From Tolypothrix carrinoi HA7290-LM1 (GTDB lineage Bacteria; Cyanobacteriota; Cyanobacteriia; Cyanobacteriales; Nostocaceae), in assembly GCA_019358935.1 (NCBI GenBank), contig JAHHIK010000130.1:1-21593 (forward strand): a DNA stretch of 21,593 nt. Direction: 5' to 3'. The first letter of the stretch is position 1, and each line of letters begins with the position of its first letter. This document shows, piece after piece, positions 6,302 through 14,478 of this stretch. The notes below the pieces were generated by a model. It made no database searches. It was given only the letters and a program-made list of their open reading frames with translations, and was not told the DNA's origin. Made by a program: the position numbers and the translations under genes.

Positions 6302-9162
6302 AACTTGGGGAAAATGAATCTTTAAAAATAAGCGTGCTAGCAACTTTACCTTGGAATCAACCTCCCCTAGGCTGGCTGACTCCCGAACAACAATCTCAAT
6401 TGCAAAATCGGTCAGAAATCCGTCGGTACAAGCTTGGGGAAAAAATCTGGTCAAAGCAAGAAGGAATTTATCAGTTCTTTATTGTTTCTGGTAAAGTCCG
6501 CTTGCGTGAGGAAGGTATCGGTACGCCGTTAGCAACCCTAGAAGCGGGGGATTGGTTTGGTGAGTTGCACTCATCCTCTGTAGATTTTAAAGCAGTAGCT
6601 GCCAGTAAAGAAGTAGTAGTAGTTCGCTGGGATAAAGCACTGTGGGCAGAATTTTCCACACCACAAATGATCGCGTTCTTTTGCGGTGAAGAGGGGGAGA
6701 CGGGGAGAGGGGGAGACGGGGAGAGGGGGAGACAAGGGGGACAAGGGGCGACGGGTGTGGGGGGACAAGGGGAGGACACTTCCGTGCGGGGGACAAAAAG
6801 CTCAGAACGTGTCCGTGGACGACAACCAGACAACCAGACAAGCAGACAAGAAGAATTTTCCGTCCTCTCGTCATCTCGCCATTCCTCCCAACCCCCCTCC
6901 GTGGGCACTCCAAAGCCCCCCATCCCCACGCCAGAAGTCTCTCCTTATGGAGACGTTGCAACAACGGAGGACACCTCCGCACAGCGCTGGCGATCCTCTC
7001 CCACTCCTCCACTCTCGTACTCCTCCACTGCTGTATCCGGTTATCCATTTGTTGCTAACTCAAACACAGCCGCTGCCTGTTTAACAATGGTGGCGCAAAA
7101 GTTAGACAATCCCTTGCAACTCGAATGGGTACAACGCCAACTCAGAGGACAACGCCCGAAAAATGTTGTGGAAGCCGCCGAAAAGCTAGGCTTTGTATTG
7201 CGGCGTTTGCAAGTAAGTTGGAGTGAATTACGTTCGTTATCTTTCCCGGCTTTGTTGCAGTGGGGTGGTGAGCAAGGGAAACAAGGAAATTGGGTGGTAG
7301 CATATGGCATGAGAGGCGATCGCCTCATTATCGCCAATCCCAAATCGCGCGATCGCACTTGTGAAGGCGTTTCGCAAGTCATAGCCGAAACAGCTTGGGA
7401 TGGACAACTTTGGCAAGTAGAAGTCATCCAGCAGCAAGAAAAATTCAACCTCAGTTGGTTCATTCCCGCAGTTTCAAAATACAAGGGATTACTCGGCGAA
7501 GTCTTGCTGGCATCTTTTACTTTGCAACTTTTGGGATTAGCAACACCGCTAATTACCCAAGTCGTCATCGATAAAGTGATGGTGCAAGAAAGTTTGCCCA
7601 CACTTGATGTGATGGCGATCGCTCTTTTGTCAGTCTCACTTTTTGAAGCAGCACTCGGCATCCTCCGGCTGTTTATCTTTACTCATACAGCTCGTCGTCT
7701 GGATCTGAGTTTATCAGCGCAGCTATTTCGCCACCTGATGCGGTTGCCTTTAGCTTATTTTGAAGCGCGACGCGTCGGCGACACAGTAGCACGAGTTCAA
7801 GAACTCGAACAAATCCGCCAGTTTCTCACAGGTACAGCATTAACTGTAATATTGGATAGCATCTTTGCCGTGGTTTACCTGGCATTGATGTTTTACTATA
7901 ATGTTCAACTTACCGCAGTCGCCTTAGCAGTACTGCCGTTGTTTGCCATATTGACAATTGTCTCAACACCAATTTTGCGAGGTTGGCTGAACGAAACATT
8001 TAACCGCAGTGCTGACAGTCAATCGTTTCTGGTAGAGACGGTGACAGGAATTCACTCAGTCAAAGCACATGCAGCCGAACGAGTAGCACGCGATCGCTGG
8101 GAAGGCTTATTTGCTCGCTTCATCCGCACAGGTTTCAAAGCCTCCACCACCTCCAACATTAGCAGCAACATCGGTGACTTTCTCACCAACTTTTCCAGCC
8201 TGCTAATACTCTGGTTTGGCGCCAAATTAGTCATCGAACAAAAACTGACCATCGGGCAGTTAGTGGCATTTCAAATGCTTTCTGGAAGGGTAACAGGACC
8301 ATTATTGCGCTTAGTCCAACTATGGCAAAATCTTCAACAAGTTCTACTTTCAGTAGACAGAATTGGTGATATTCTTAACGTTGCCCCAGAAGCTGAAGCC
8401 GGAACCGGTCTAGTTTTACCAACCCTCAAAGGAGAAGTCGCCTTTGAGCAAGTCTTTTTCCGCTACCGACAAAATACTGAACCGGTTCTGCGGGGAATCT
8501 CTTTTAACGTTCAACCAGGACAGTTTGTTGGCATTGTCGGACGGTCAGGGTCTGGTAAAAGTACTCTTTCCAAGCTGTTGCAGCGCCTTTATCAAATAGA
8601 ATCAGGACGCATCCTCATCGATGGTTTTGATATCAAAAGTGCCGATCTCGCCTCATTGCGTCAACAAATTGGGGTAGTTCTCCAAGAAGACTTTTTATTC
8701 AACGGTACCATCTTGGAAAATATCACCCTCGGCAATCCCGACATCACCGCCGAACAAGTAGTAGAAGCTGCCAGACTAGCTGTTGCCCACGATTTTATCA
8801 GTCAATTACCCTACGGCTACGAAAACAATGTTGGCGAACGTGGTACAGCTTTATCTGGTGGACAACGGCAACGTATTGCTTTAGCTCGGTTATTTCTCTC
8901 CCAAGCGCCAATTTTAATTTTAGATGAAGCTACCAGCGCCTTGGATAGTGAAACTGAACAGCAGGTTCTGCAAAACTTGCAAAAAGTTTCTAGTAACCGC
9001 ACCGTGTTTCTTATTGCCCACCGCTTTGCACCCCTCAAACGTGCCGATTTGATTTTGGTGATGGAACGTGGTGTAATTGCCGAACGTGGTACGCACTCAC
9101 AACTGTTGCAAGAAAAAGGTTTGTATTGGTCACTATATCAACGGCAGCAGGCAAATATATAA
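6250..9162 (+). CDS. hlyB: HlyB-family type I secretion ABC transporter (cNMP-binding domain + C39-like domain + TMD + ATPase)
   Basis: FFIVSGKVRL...LEAGDWFGE (cNMP); TAAACLTMV (C39-like); RRVGDTVARVQE; Walker A GRSGSGKST, LSGGQRQ, ILILDEATSALD, IAHR. Confidence 0.93.
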   Translation: MASRENSKADSEAASELKLGENESLKISVLATLPWNQPPLGWLTPEQQSQLQNRSEIRRYKLGEKIWSKQEGIYQFFIVSGKVRLREEGIGTPLATLEAGDWFGELHSSSVDFKAVAASKEVVVVRWDKALWAEFSTPQMIAFFCGEEGETGRGGDGERGRQGGQGATGVGGQGEDTSVRGTKSSERVRGRQPDNQTSRQEEFSVLSSSRHSSQPPSVGTPKPPIPTPEVSPYGDVATTEDTSAQRWRSSPTPPLSYSSTAVSGYPFVANSNTAAACLTMVAQKLDNPLQLEWVQRQLRGQRPKNVVEAAEKLGFVLRRLQVSWSELRSLSFPALLQWGGEQGKQGNWVVAYGMRGDRLIIANPKSRDRTCEGVSQVIAETAWDGQLWQVEVIQQQEKFNLSWFIPAVSKYKGLLGEVLLASFTLQLLGLATPLITQVVIDKVMVQESLPTLDVMAIALLSVSLFEAALGILRLFIFTHTARRLDLSLSAQLFRHLMRLPLAYFEARRVGDTVARVQELEQIRQFLTGTALTVILDSIFAVVYLALMFYYNVQLTAVALAVLPLFAILTIVSTPILRGWLNETFNRSADSQSFLVETVTGIHSVKAHAAERVARDRWEGLFARFIRTGFKASTTSNISSNIGDFLTNFSSLLILWFGAKLVIEQKLTIGQLVAFQMLSGRVTGPLLRLVQLWQNLQQVLLSVDRIGDILNVAPEAEAGTGLVLPTLKGEVAFEQVFFRYRQNTEPVLRGISFNVQPGQFVGIVGRSGSGKSTLSKLLQRLYQIESGRILIDGFDIKSADLASLRQQIGVVLQEDFLFNGTILENITLGNPDITAEQVVEAARLAVAHDFISQLPYGYENNVGERGTALSGGQRQRIALARLFLSQAPILILDEATSALDSETEQQVLQNLQKVSSNRTVFLIAHRFAPLKRADLILVMERGVIAERGTHSQLLQEKGLYWSLYQRQQANI
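6690..7030 (+). repeat. In-frame low-complexity repeat/SDR cluster in the hlyB linker
   Basis: GGGGAGAC/GGGGAGAG octamers, GACAACCA/GACAAGCA octamers, C-rich tracts and an SDR-like hairpin at 6929-6992. Confidence 0.8.
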
Positions 9163-9180
9163 ACGAAAAATATTTACCAT

Positions 9181-9220
9181 AAGTCTGAGCTGCACAAACT
9201 GTAGCTCAGACTTTCTCTTT
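9181..9220 (+). terminator. Rho-independent terminator after hlyB
   Basis: AAGTCTGAGCTGCA-caaac-TGTAGCTCAGACTT followed by a T-rich tract. Confidence 0.75.
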
Positions 9221-9255
9221 ATTTATCATATTTACCCTGTTAAGTAGCCATTATT

Positions 9256-9374
9256 AACTGTGCTTCTGTGAAGTCCGTAGGGTGCGCCATTCGTAGTAAC
9301 GCACCCTACATCTATCAACTGTGCTTCTGTGAAGTCCGTAGGGTGCGTTAATGTAGTAACGCACCCTACATCTA
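9256..9374. repeat. Two tandem copies (61-bp period) of a REP-like unit
   Basis: AACTGTGCTTCTGTGAAGTCC-GTAGGGTGCG...CGCACCCTAC-ATCTA at 9256 and 9317. Confidence 0.9.
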
Positions 9375-9524
9375 CTTAGCCACTTAGTTTTATTATTAAC
9401 ATAAAGATTAAGTAAAATTTTTATATTTTCTTTGTTAATTTAAGCACAAAATAATTTTTTTTTTACAAAAGAAAGCCATCATCTAATTTGATAAAATATA
9501 TACCTCCAGTACCGGATCGAAAAT

Positions 9525-11279
9525 ATGCCAGTGGATTACGCAGGCAACAGTCTAGATAAAGCTAGAAAACTTGATATTAATAGCAATGCCCAAAGTTTTA
9601 GAGATAGAGTCGATAATCTCGACCTAAATGATTTTTACAGCTTCAACCTCAGCAGTCGTAGCAGTTTTCATCTTAACCTGGATAAGTTAAAAGCAGATGC
9701 TGATGTAGCGCTGATTGGGGATGCCAACAATAATGGTCAATTTGATCAAGGGGAGGTATTAAGTGCTTCCACTCGTAGTGGTAAGCAAGCAGAATCAATT
9801 AATGAAATCTTGGGTGCAGGCAGTTATTACATACGGGTTTACCCGGATGGTAATGCAAAAACGAACTATAAGTTGACTGTCTGGGCAACACCCCTTGATG
9901 ATGCTATTAGCACCATAGTTTCTACTTCTGCTGATTTAGCAATAAATTCGACTTCTGTTAACACAGAGGTGAGTGTAGGGAGTGCGATCGCATCCGCATC
10001 TCCTACTAACAACACAAACATTGTAGCCGGAACTCTCAGGGCAGATACCTTTAATTTTCAATCTGGCTTCAACCGAACAATTTACTTTGGAAATGGTAAC
10101 GTTGACTACAGTACTGGAGCGCGAGACCTGCTCAATTTATCGCAGATTGCTTCTACTTCAGTCACAACCAACTATGCAGATAACTTAAAAGGAGGTGTAG
10201 TTTACAACGCAGGCAATGGTAATCGTTTATATGATGCCATAACATTTAGCGACGGTAGCCAAATTTTGTTTCAGGGTATTGAAAGCATTCAATTTAAAGA
10301 CAAAACCGTTAACTTATCTGTAACACCCAACGACCCTTTGTTTAATCAGCAGTGGGACTTGCAGATGACAAATGTTCACAATGCGTGGAATATTACTCAA
10401 GGTTCAGATAAAGTGGCAATTGGCATTGTAGATACAGGGTTGGCAGCCAATAGCAATGGTATTCACCCCGATCTACAACCCACCTCCACAGTGGCTGACA
10501 ACTACTTCGATGAATCGGCAACTTACTCCCACGGTACTGAAGTTGCAGGAACCATTGCTGCTGCTAGTAACAATGGTGTGGGGATAGCTGGTATTAACTG
10601 GATATCTCCTGTTGAGATAATCGATGTCATCGGTGATAACCCAGGAGATTATGATTTAGTAAAAGCTACACAGACACTGATTGATTGGGCTGGAGATCGC
10701 AAGCTGGTTGTGAACCTCAGCTTGTCTGGTGGTAACTCACCTGCATTTGAGAAACTGGTTGCTGATAACAAAGATAAAGTCTTATTTGTAATTGCATCTG
10801 GTAATCAAAACCAAAAAACAATTGCCAGTCCCGCATCATTAGCACAAAATAACGAAAATGTCCTTGCAATAGGTTCTTCTTTTGGAACTCAAGACTCGTA
10901 TGGCAATGCAAAAACACCAGGCGATCGCATCTCCTATGAAGGTTGGTGGGGTTCTAACTATGGAGAGGGTTTGACTTTAATGGCACCATCTGAGTTTATT
11001 GCTACATCTGCTACTCGTGCTGATGCATCTGCAAACTATGAGTTCGGCTACTATGACCGTTTTAATGGAACTTCAGCATCAGCAGCCGTTGTTACAGGGA
11101 TAGCTTCTTTGGTGTTGAGTGCTAATCTAAATCTCACTGCTGGACAAGTCAAGACTATTCTCTCAGAAACAGCCTACGATTTGGGTGCAGCCGGCTATGA
11201 CACGGTTTATGGCTACGGACTAGTTAATGCGGATGCTGCTGTACGACGAGCAGAAGCTCTTGACAGGGGTTTTGCTTAA
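9525..11279 (+). CDS. S8 (subtilisin-like) serine peptidase with N-terminal PPC domain
   Basis: PPC-like DFYSFNL...GSYYIRV; triad IVDTG / HGTEVAG / GTSAS; oxyanion ASGN; C-terminal YGYGLVNADAAV; no signal peptide. Confidence 0.9.
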   Translation: MPVDYAGNSLDKARKLDINSNAQSFRDRVDNLDLNDFYSFNLSSRSSFHLNLDKLKADADVALIGDANNNGQFDQGEVLSASTRSGKQAESINEILGAGSYYIRVYPDGNAKTNYKLTVWATPLDDAISTIVSTSADLAINSTSVNTEVSVGSAIASASPTNNTNIVAGTLRADTFNFQSGFNRTIYFGNGNVDYSTGARDLLNLSQIASTSVTTNYADNLKGGVVYNAGNGNRLYDAITFSDGSQILFQGIESIQFKDKTVNLSVTPNDPLFNQQWDLQMTNVHNAWNITQGSDKVAIGIVDTGLAANSNGIHPDLQPTSTVADNYFDESATYSHGTEVAGTIAAASNNGVGIAGINWISPVEIIDVIGDNPGDYDLVKATQTLIDWAGDRKLVVNLSLSGGNSPAFEKLVADNKDKVLFVIASGNQNQKTIASPASLAQNNENVLAIGSSFGTQDSYGNAKTPGDRISYEGWWGSNYGEGLTLMAPSEFIATSATRADASANYEFGYYDRFNGTSASAAVVTGIASLVLSANLNLTAGQVKTILSETAYDLGAAGYDTVYGYGLVNADAAVRRAEALDRGFA

Positions 11280-11302
11280 TCATGGTGAAATTAATGCGTA
11301 TT

Positions 11303-11332
11303 TGTAGGGACAATTCATGAATTGTCCCTACA
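11303..11332. repeat. REP-like perfect 30-bp palindrome
   Basis: TGTAGGGACAATTCATGAATTGTCCCTACA. Confidence 0.85.
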
Positions 11333-11379
11333 CGAGCGCTCGCTCATGTATTGTACACAACTCTTAAGCGCTATATATG

Positions 11380-11414
11380 CTCTGCCTTAATCTTCAGTGG
11401 AGGCAGAGTTTTTT
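11380..11414 (+). terminator. Probable intrinsic terminator
   Basis: CTCTGCCT...AGGCAGAG followed by TTTTTT. Confidence 0.5.
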
Positions 11415-11830
11415 AGTAGTTCGAGGAGTGAATGGAGCGCGATCGCAACTCCTCATAGAATCAAAACTACCTGTCACTTCAATTCAGGTAATGCATGATT
11501 TTTGCGACATAAAAAACGTTACTCTTTTCTCCTCAGTGTTTTTCCCTCTGTGGAGAAGACTGCTTTGTTGAATCAAATAATTTTAGTATAATTTATAACT
11601 TAAATTTTATAAGTTTTCCGCTTTAGTCTCAGCAATTTATCGGAAAAATATCTAACTAATAGTATTTAAAAATACGTAAATTTATCCTAGCTGTTTTGGT
11701 AGATAAAGCAGCAGTATAGAACTACGCATATTCAACTTCATTTTGAGACGTAGCTATAAAAGCTTTACAAAACACAGAGTTCAGGGTGTGTTTTGTCAAT
11801 TTATCTTGAGCATAGGACGCAGAAATATTT

Positions 11831-13927
11831 ATGCCACTTGATTCTGTCGGCAATAGTTTAAGTACAGCAAATCAGCTAAAAATTACTTCAATTAACAGTA
11901 AAGTTACAGAATGGGTTGGCACAAGCGATCCAAACGATTATTACACCTTTAATCTCAGTGGTCGTAGTAGCTTTAATCTTGCCCTTAACGATCTATCAGC
12001 GAATGCAGATGTGCAGCTGTTAGACAAAAATGGAGCCGTAGTTACAGGTTCTTATAGTGGTAGTCGCAAGGCTGAATCTATCAGCAGAACTCTAGAAACA
12101 GGTAGTTACTACATCCGAGTCAACCGAGTAGGTGGTGCGAATACTAGCTACAAACTGAGCGTTTCTGGCAACGAAGCACCGCAATTATTACAATTTGGCA
12201 CCGATAAAAGCAGCTATCAAGTAGGTGAAACTGTCAAACTTACTAACGCTACAGTATTTGATGGCAATGGTGTCAGTGACTTAGCGCAAGTAGATTTCCG
12301 ATTGCAAAAAGATGGTGGAAGCTGGGACATCATCAGCAATGCAGACAAGTTCAGCGCTGACAGCAACAGTAACCGTGCTAGCTTTAACTACAGTTTAAGT
12401 AATCTAACTGCTGGTAAATATCAGTTATGGGCGAAAGCCTACGATAAATCCGGTGGTACTAGCAACACTTACCAAACAAGCTTTAGCATTTCTGCCAACG
12501 AAGCACCGCAATCATTACAATTTGGCACCGATAAAAGCAGCTATCAAGTAGGCGAAACTGTCAAACTTACCAACACTCAAATATTTGATGGTAATGGTGT
12601 CAGTGACTTAGCGCAAGTAGAGTTCCGATTGCAAAAAGATGGTGGAAGTTGGGACATCATCAGCAATGTGGATAAATTCAGCGCTCAAGGCAGCGATAAC
12701 CGCAATGCTAGCTTTAACTATGCGATTAGCGGTCTAAGTAATGGTAAATATCAGTTGTGGGCACGAGGATACGATCAATCCGGTGCTACTAGTAACACTT
12801 GGCAAACAAGCTTTAGCATTTTGCAACCGACTCCTGTAGTTGCCGATCCTGGGGATTGGTTTGACCAGAATATTCAGGATAGTGGTATACGTGCAGCGAC
12901 AAGGTTGCGTTTTGCTGATAACGTGTTAGACCGCAACGATATTATTAGCATCTTGCGTGAAGCTAAAGATAACAGTGTAGTTTATGCTACAGAAGTTAAA
13001 GACCTTCGCACTTTAGTTAGCAATGCCTCTTACTTAAAAATTCCCGAACATGTCCGCGTTTTGGCTAACAAAGTTGTTAACGGTGATGTTGCTAATCAAA
13101 AGTATCAAAGTAATACACTGGGTAACTTGGATGCTGGTAGTAGTGACGTGCAGTTGGAGAACTTAATTAGTAAGTGGTTTTATGGTGGCGATCGCCCAAC
13201 AACTTCCTACACTTATCAATATGCTAGTGGTTCTCTGTTCCAAAATGGCATCAGTTATCAAGACATAAAACAAGGTGTGATTAATGACTGCTACTTATTA
13301 GCAGGTTTAGCAGAAACGGCTTTCCGTTCACCCAGCACAATTGAAAATATGTTTATTGATAACGGTGATAATACTTTCACCGTGCGTTTCTGGCAAAATG
13401 GGGTAGCTGACTATGTGACAGTAGACAGATATTTACCAACCACTGATACAGGGTATTTAGCTTATGCAAATAAGGGGAATTACTATAATAATTCTACGAA
13501 TGAATTATGGGTAACTCTTGCCGAAAAAGCTTATGCCCAACTCAATGAATCTGGATGGATTTATCAAGATAATACCAATTCTTACAAGGGTATTAGTCAT
13601 GGTGGATATATGAGTGATGCTTTTGCACAAATCACCGGACGTAATGTTTCTAGTTTTAACGTTCTTGACTTTAACTCAATAGTCAATGCGTTTAATTCCG
13701 GTCAATTAATTGGGTTAGCGACTTTAGGAACTGGAGTTGCATCAAATATCCTCACCGATCATGGTTATGCACTGGTTGATTACAATTCCTCTACTCAAAA
13801 GTTTACTCTTTTCAACCCTTGGGGAATCGATAACGGCTCCTCAAAACCGGGCATCCTAGAATTGGCTTGGAATGAAATTGCAAGCAACTTTAGTTATTGG
13901 GATTCTACAAAAACTATATCAACTTAG
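11831..13927 (+). CDS. Calpain-like (C2 family) cysteine protease with PPC domain and two tandem beta-rich repeats
   Basis: QGVINDCYLLAGL (catalytic Cys), LAEKAYAQ, HGYALV (His), FNPWG (Asn); N-terminal PPC; duplicated 109-aa module; no signal peptide. Confidence 0.88.
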   Translation: MPLDSVGNSLSTANQLKITSINSKVTEWVGTSDPNDYYTFNLSGRSSFNLALNDLSANADVQLLDKNGAVVTGSYSGSRKAESISRTLETGSYYIRVNRVGGANTSYKLSVSGNEAPQLLQFGTDKSSYQVGETVKLTNATVFDGNGVSDLAQVDFRLQKDGGSWDIISNADKFSADSNSNRASFNYSLSNLTAGKYQLWAKAYDKSGGTSNTYQTSFSISANEAPQSLQFGTDKSSYQVGETVKLTNTQIFDGNGVSDLAQVEFRLQKDGGSWDIISNVDKFSAQGSDNRNASFNYAISGLSNGKYQLWARGYDQSGATSNTWQTSFSILQPTPVVADPGDWFDQNIQDSGIRAATRLRFADNVLDRNDIISILREAKDNSVVYATEVKDLRTLVSNASYLKIPEHVRVLANKVVNGDVANQKYQSNTLGNLDAGSSDVQLENLISKWFYGGDRPTTSYTYQYASGSLFQNGISYQDIKQGVINDCYLLAGLAETAFRSPSTIENMFIDNGDNTFTVRFWQNGVADYVTVDRYLPTTDTGYLAYANKGNYYNNSTNELWVTLAEKAYAQLNESGWIYQDNTNSYKGISHGGYMSDAFAQITGRNVSSFNVLDFNSIVNAFNSGQLIGLATLGTGVASNILTDHGYALVDYNSSTQKFTLFNPWGIDNGSSKPGILELAWNEIASNFSYWDSTKTIST
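12170..12820 (+). repeat. Intragenic tandem duplication, 327-bp period
   Basis: AACGAAGCACCGCAAT... starts at 12170 and 12497; the copies are highly similar at DNA level. Confidence 0.9.
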
Positions 13928-13981
13928 AATATCGTGGGGCGTTGCGCGTACAAAGCCTTCCAAAGCGCAGGCTTTTAGACA

Positions 13982-14187
13982 TTACGGCGATTTTCAGTTG
14001 AGTAGACTACAAGAAAAAACCTAACCCCCTACCCCCTTCCCTACTAGGGAAGGGGGAAATTCAAAGCCTCTCCAGTAATAAAAGCTGCTCCTCTTCCCTC
14101 CCCTTGTAGGGGAGGGTTAGGGAGAGGTAGGAGAGAGGTTTACCAGAGAGGTCTGCGTGTAGTTTATTCATTTGAAAACTGCTGTAA
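13982..14187. mobile_element. MITE-like element (about 206 bp) with nested G/C-rich hairpins
   Basis: Imperfect 30-bp TIRs TTACGGCGATTTTCAGTTGAGTAGACTACA / TGTAGTTTATTCATTTGAAAACTGCTGTAA (23/30); internal CCCCCTTCCCTACTAGGGAAGGGGG and CCCTCCCCTTGTAGGGGAGGG hairpins. Confidence 0.65.
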
Positions 14188-14478
14188 GTCCTTGTCATGC
14201 GGACGAGCGTTTTTGTAGCCGCGACTTTATCGGGTAATGAGTTTTGTATCTATCTAATTTGTTAGTTATTAAATATACAAATAAAGACTTTATTAAAATA
14301 TTTTTTTAATGACAATTGTTACTTGCATATTCTTGTTTGTAAGCAAATTGGCATTTTCACATTTCAATTCATAGTAATTATTGGCAAAGGGAAGTAATTT
14401 CTTTTTAAAACCTTGGCAGAAAGGTTTTAACAGCTTGTGCTGTCAAAAAAACTTGATACATATTAGGAAATAAGACTT

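Noticed and set aside
5895..9038. Antisense and alternate-frame ORFs within the PPIase and hlyB genes
   Set aside because: Shadows of well-supported genes or of the low-complexity linker.
6250..9162. Bacteriocin/RiPP-processing transporter
   Set aside because: The C39 catalytic Cys/His appear absent, and no double-glycine precursor or modification enzyme is nearby.
11377..11571. 64-aa ORF between the proteases
   Set aside because: It overlaps a terminator-like hairpin and has no motif or clear RBS.
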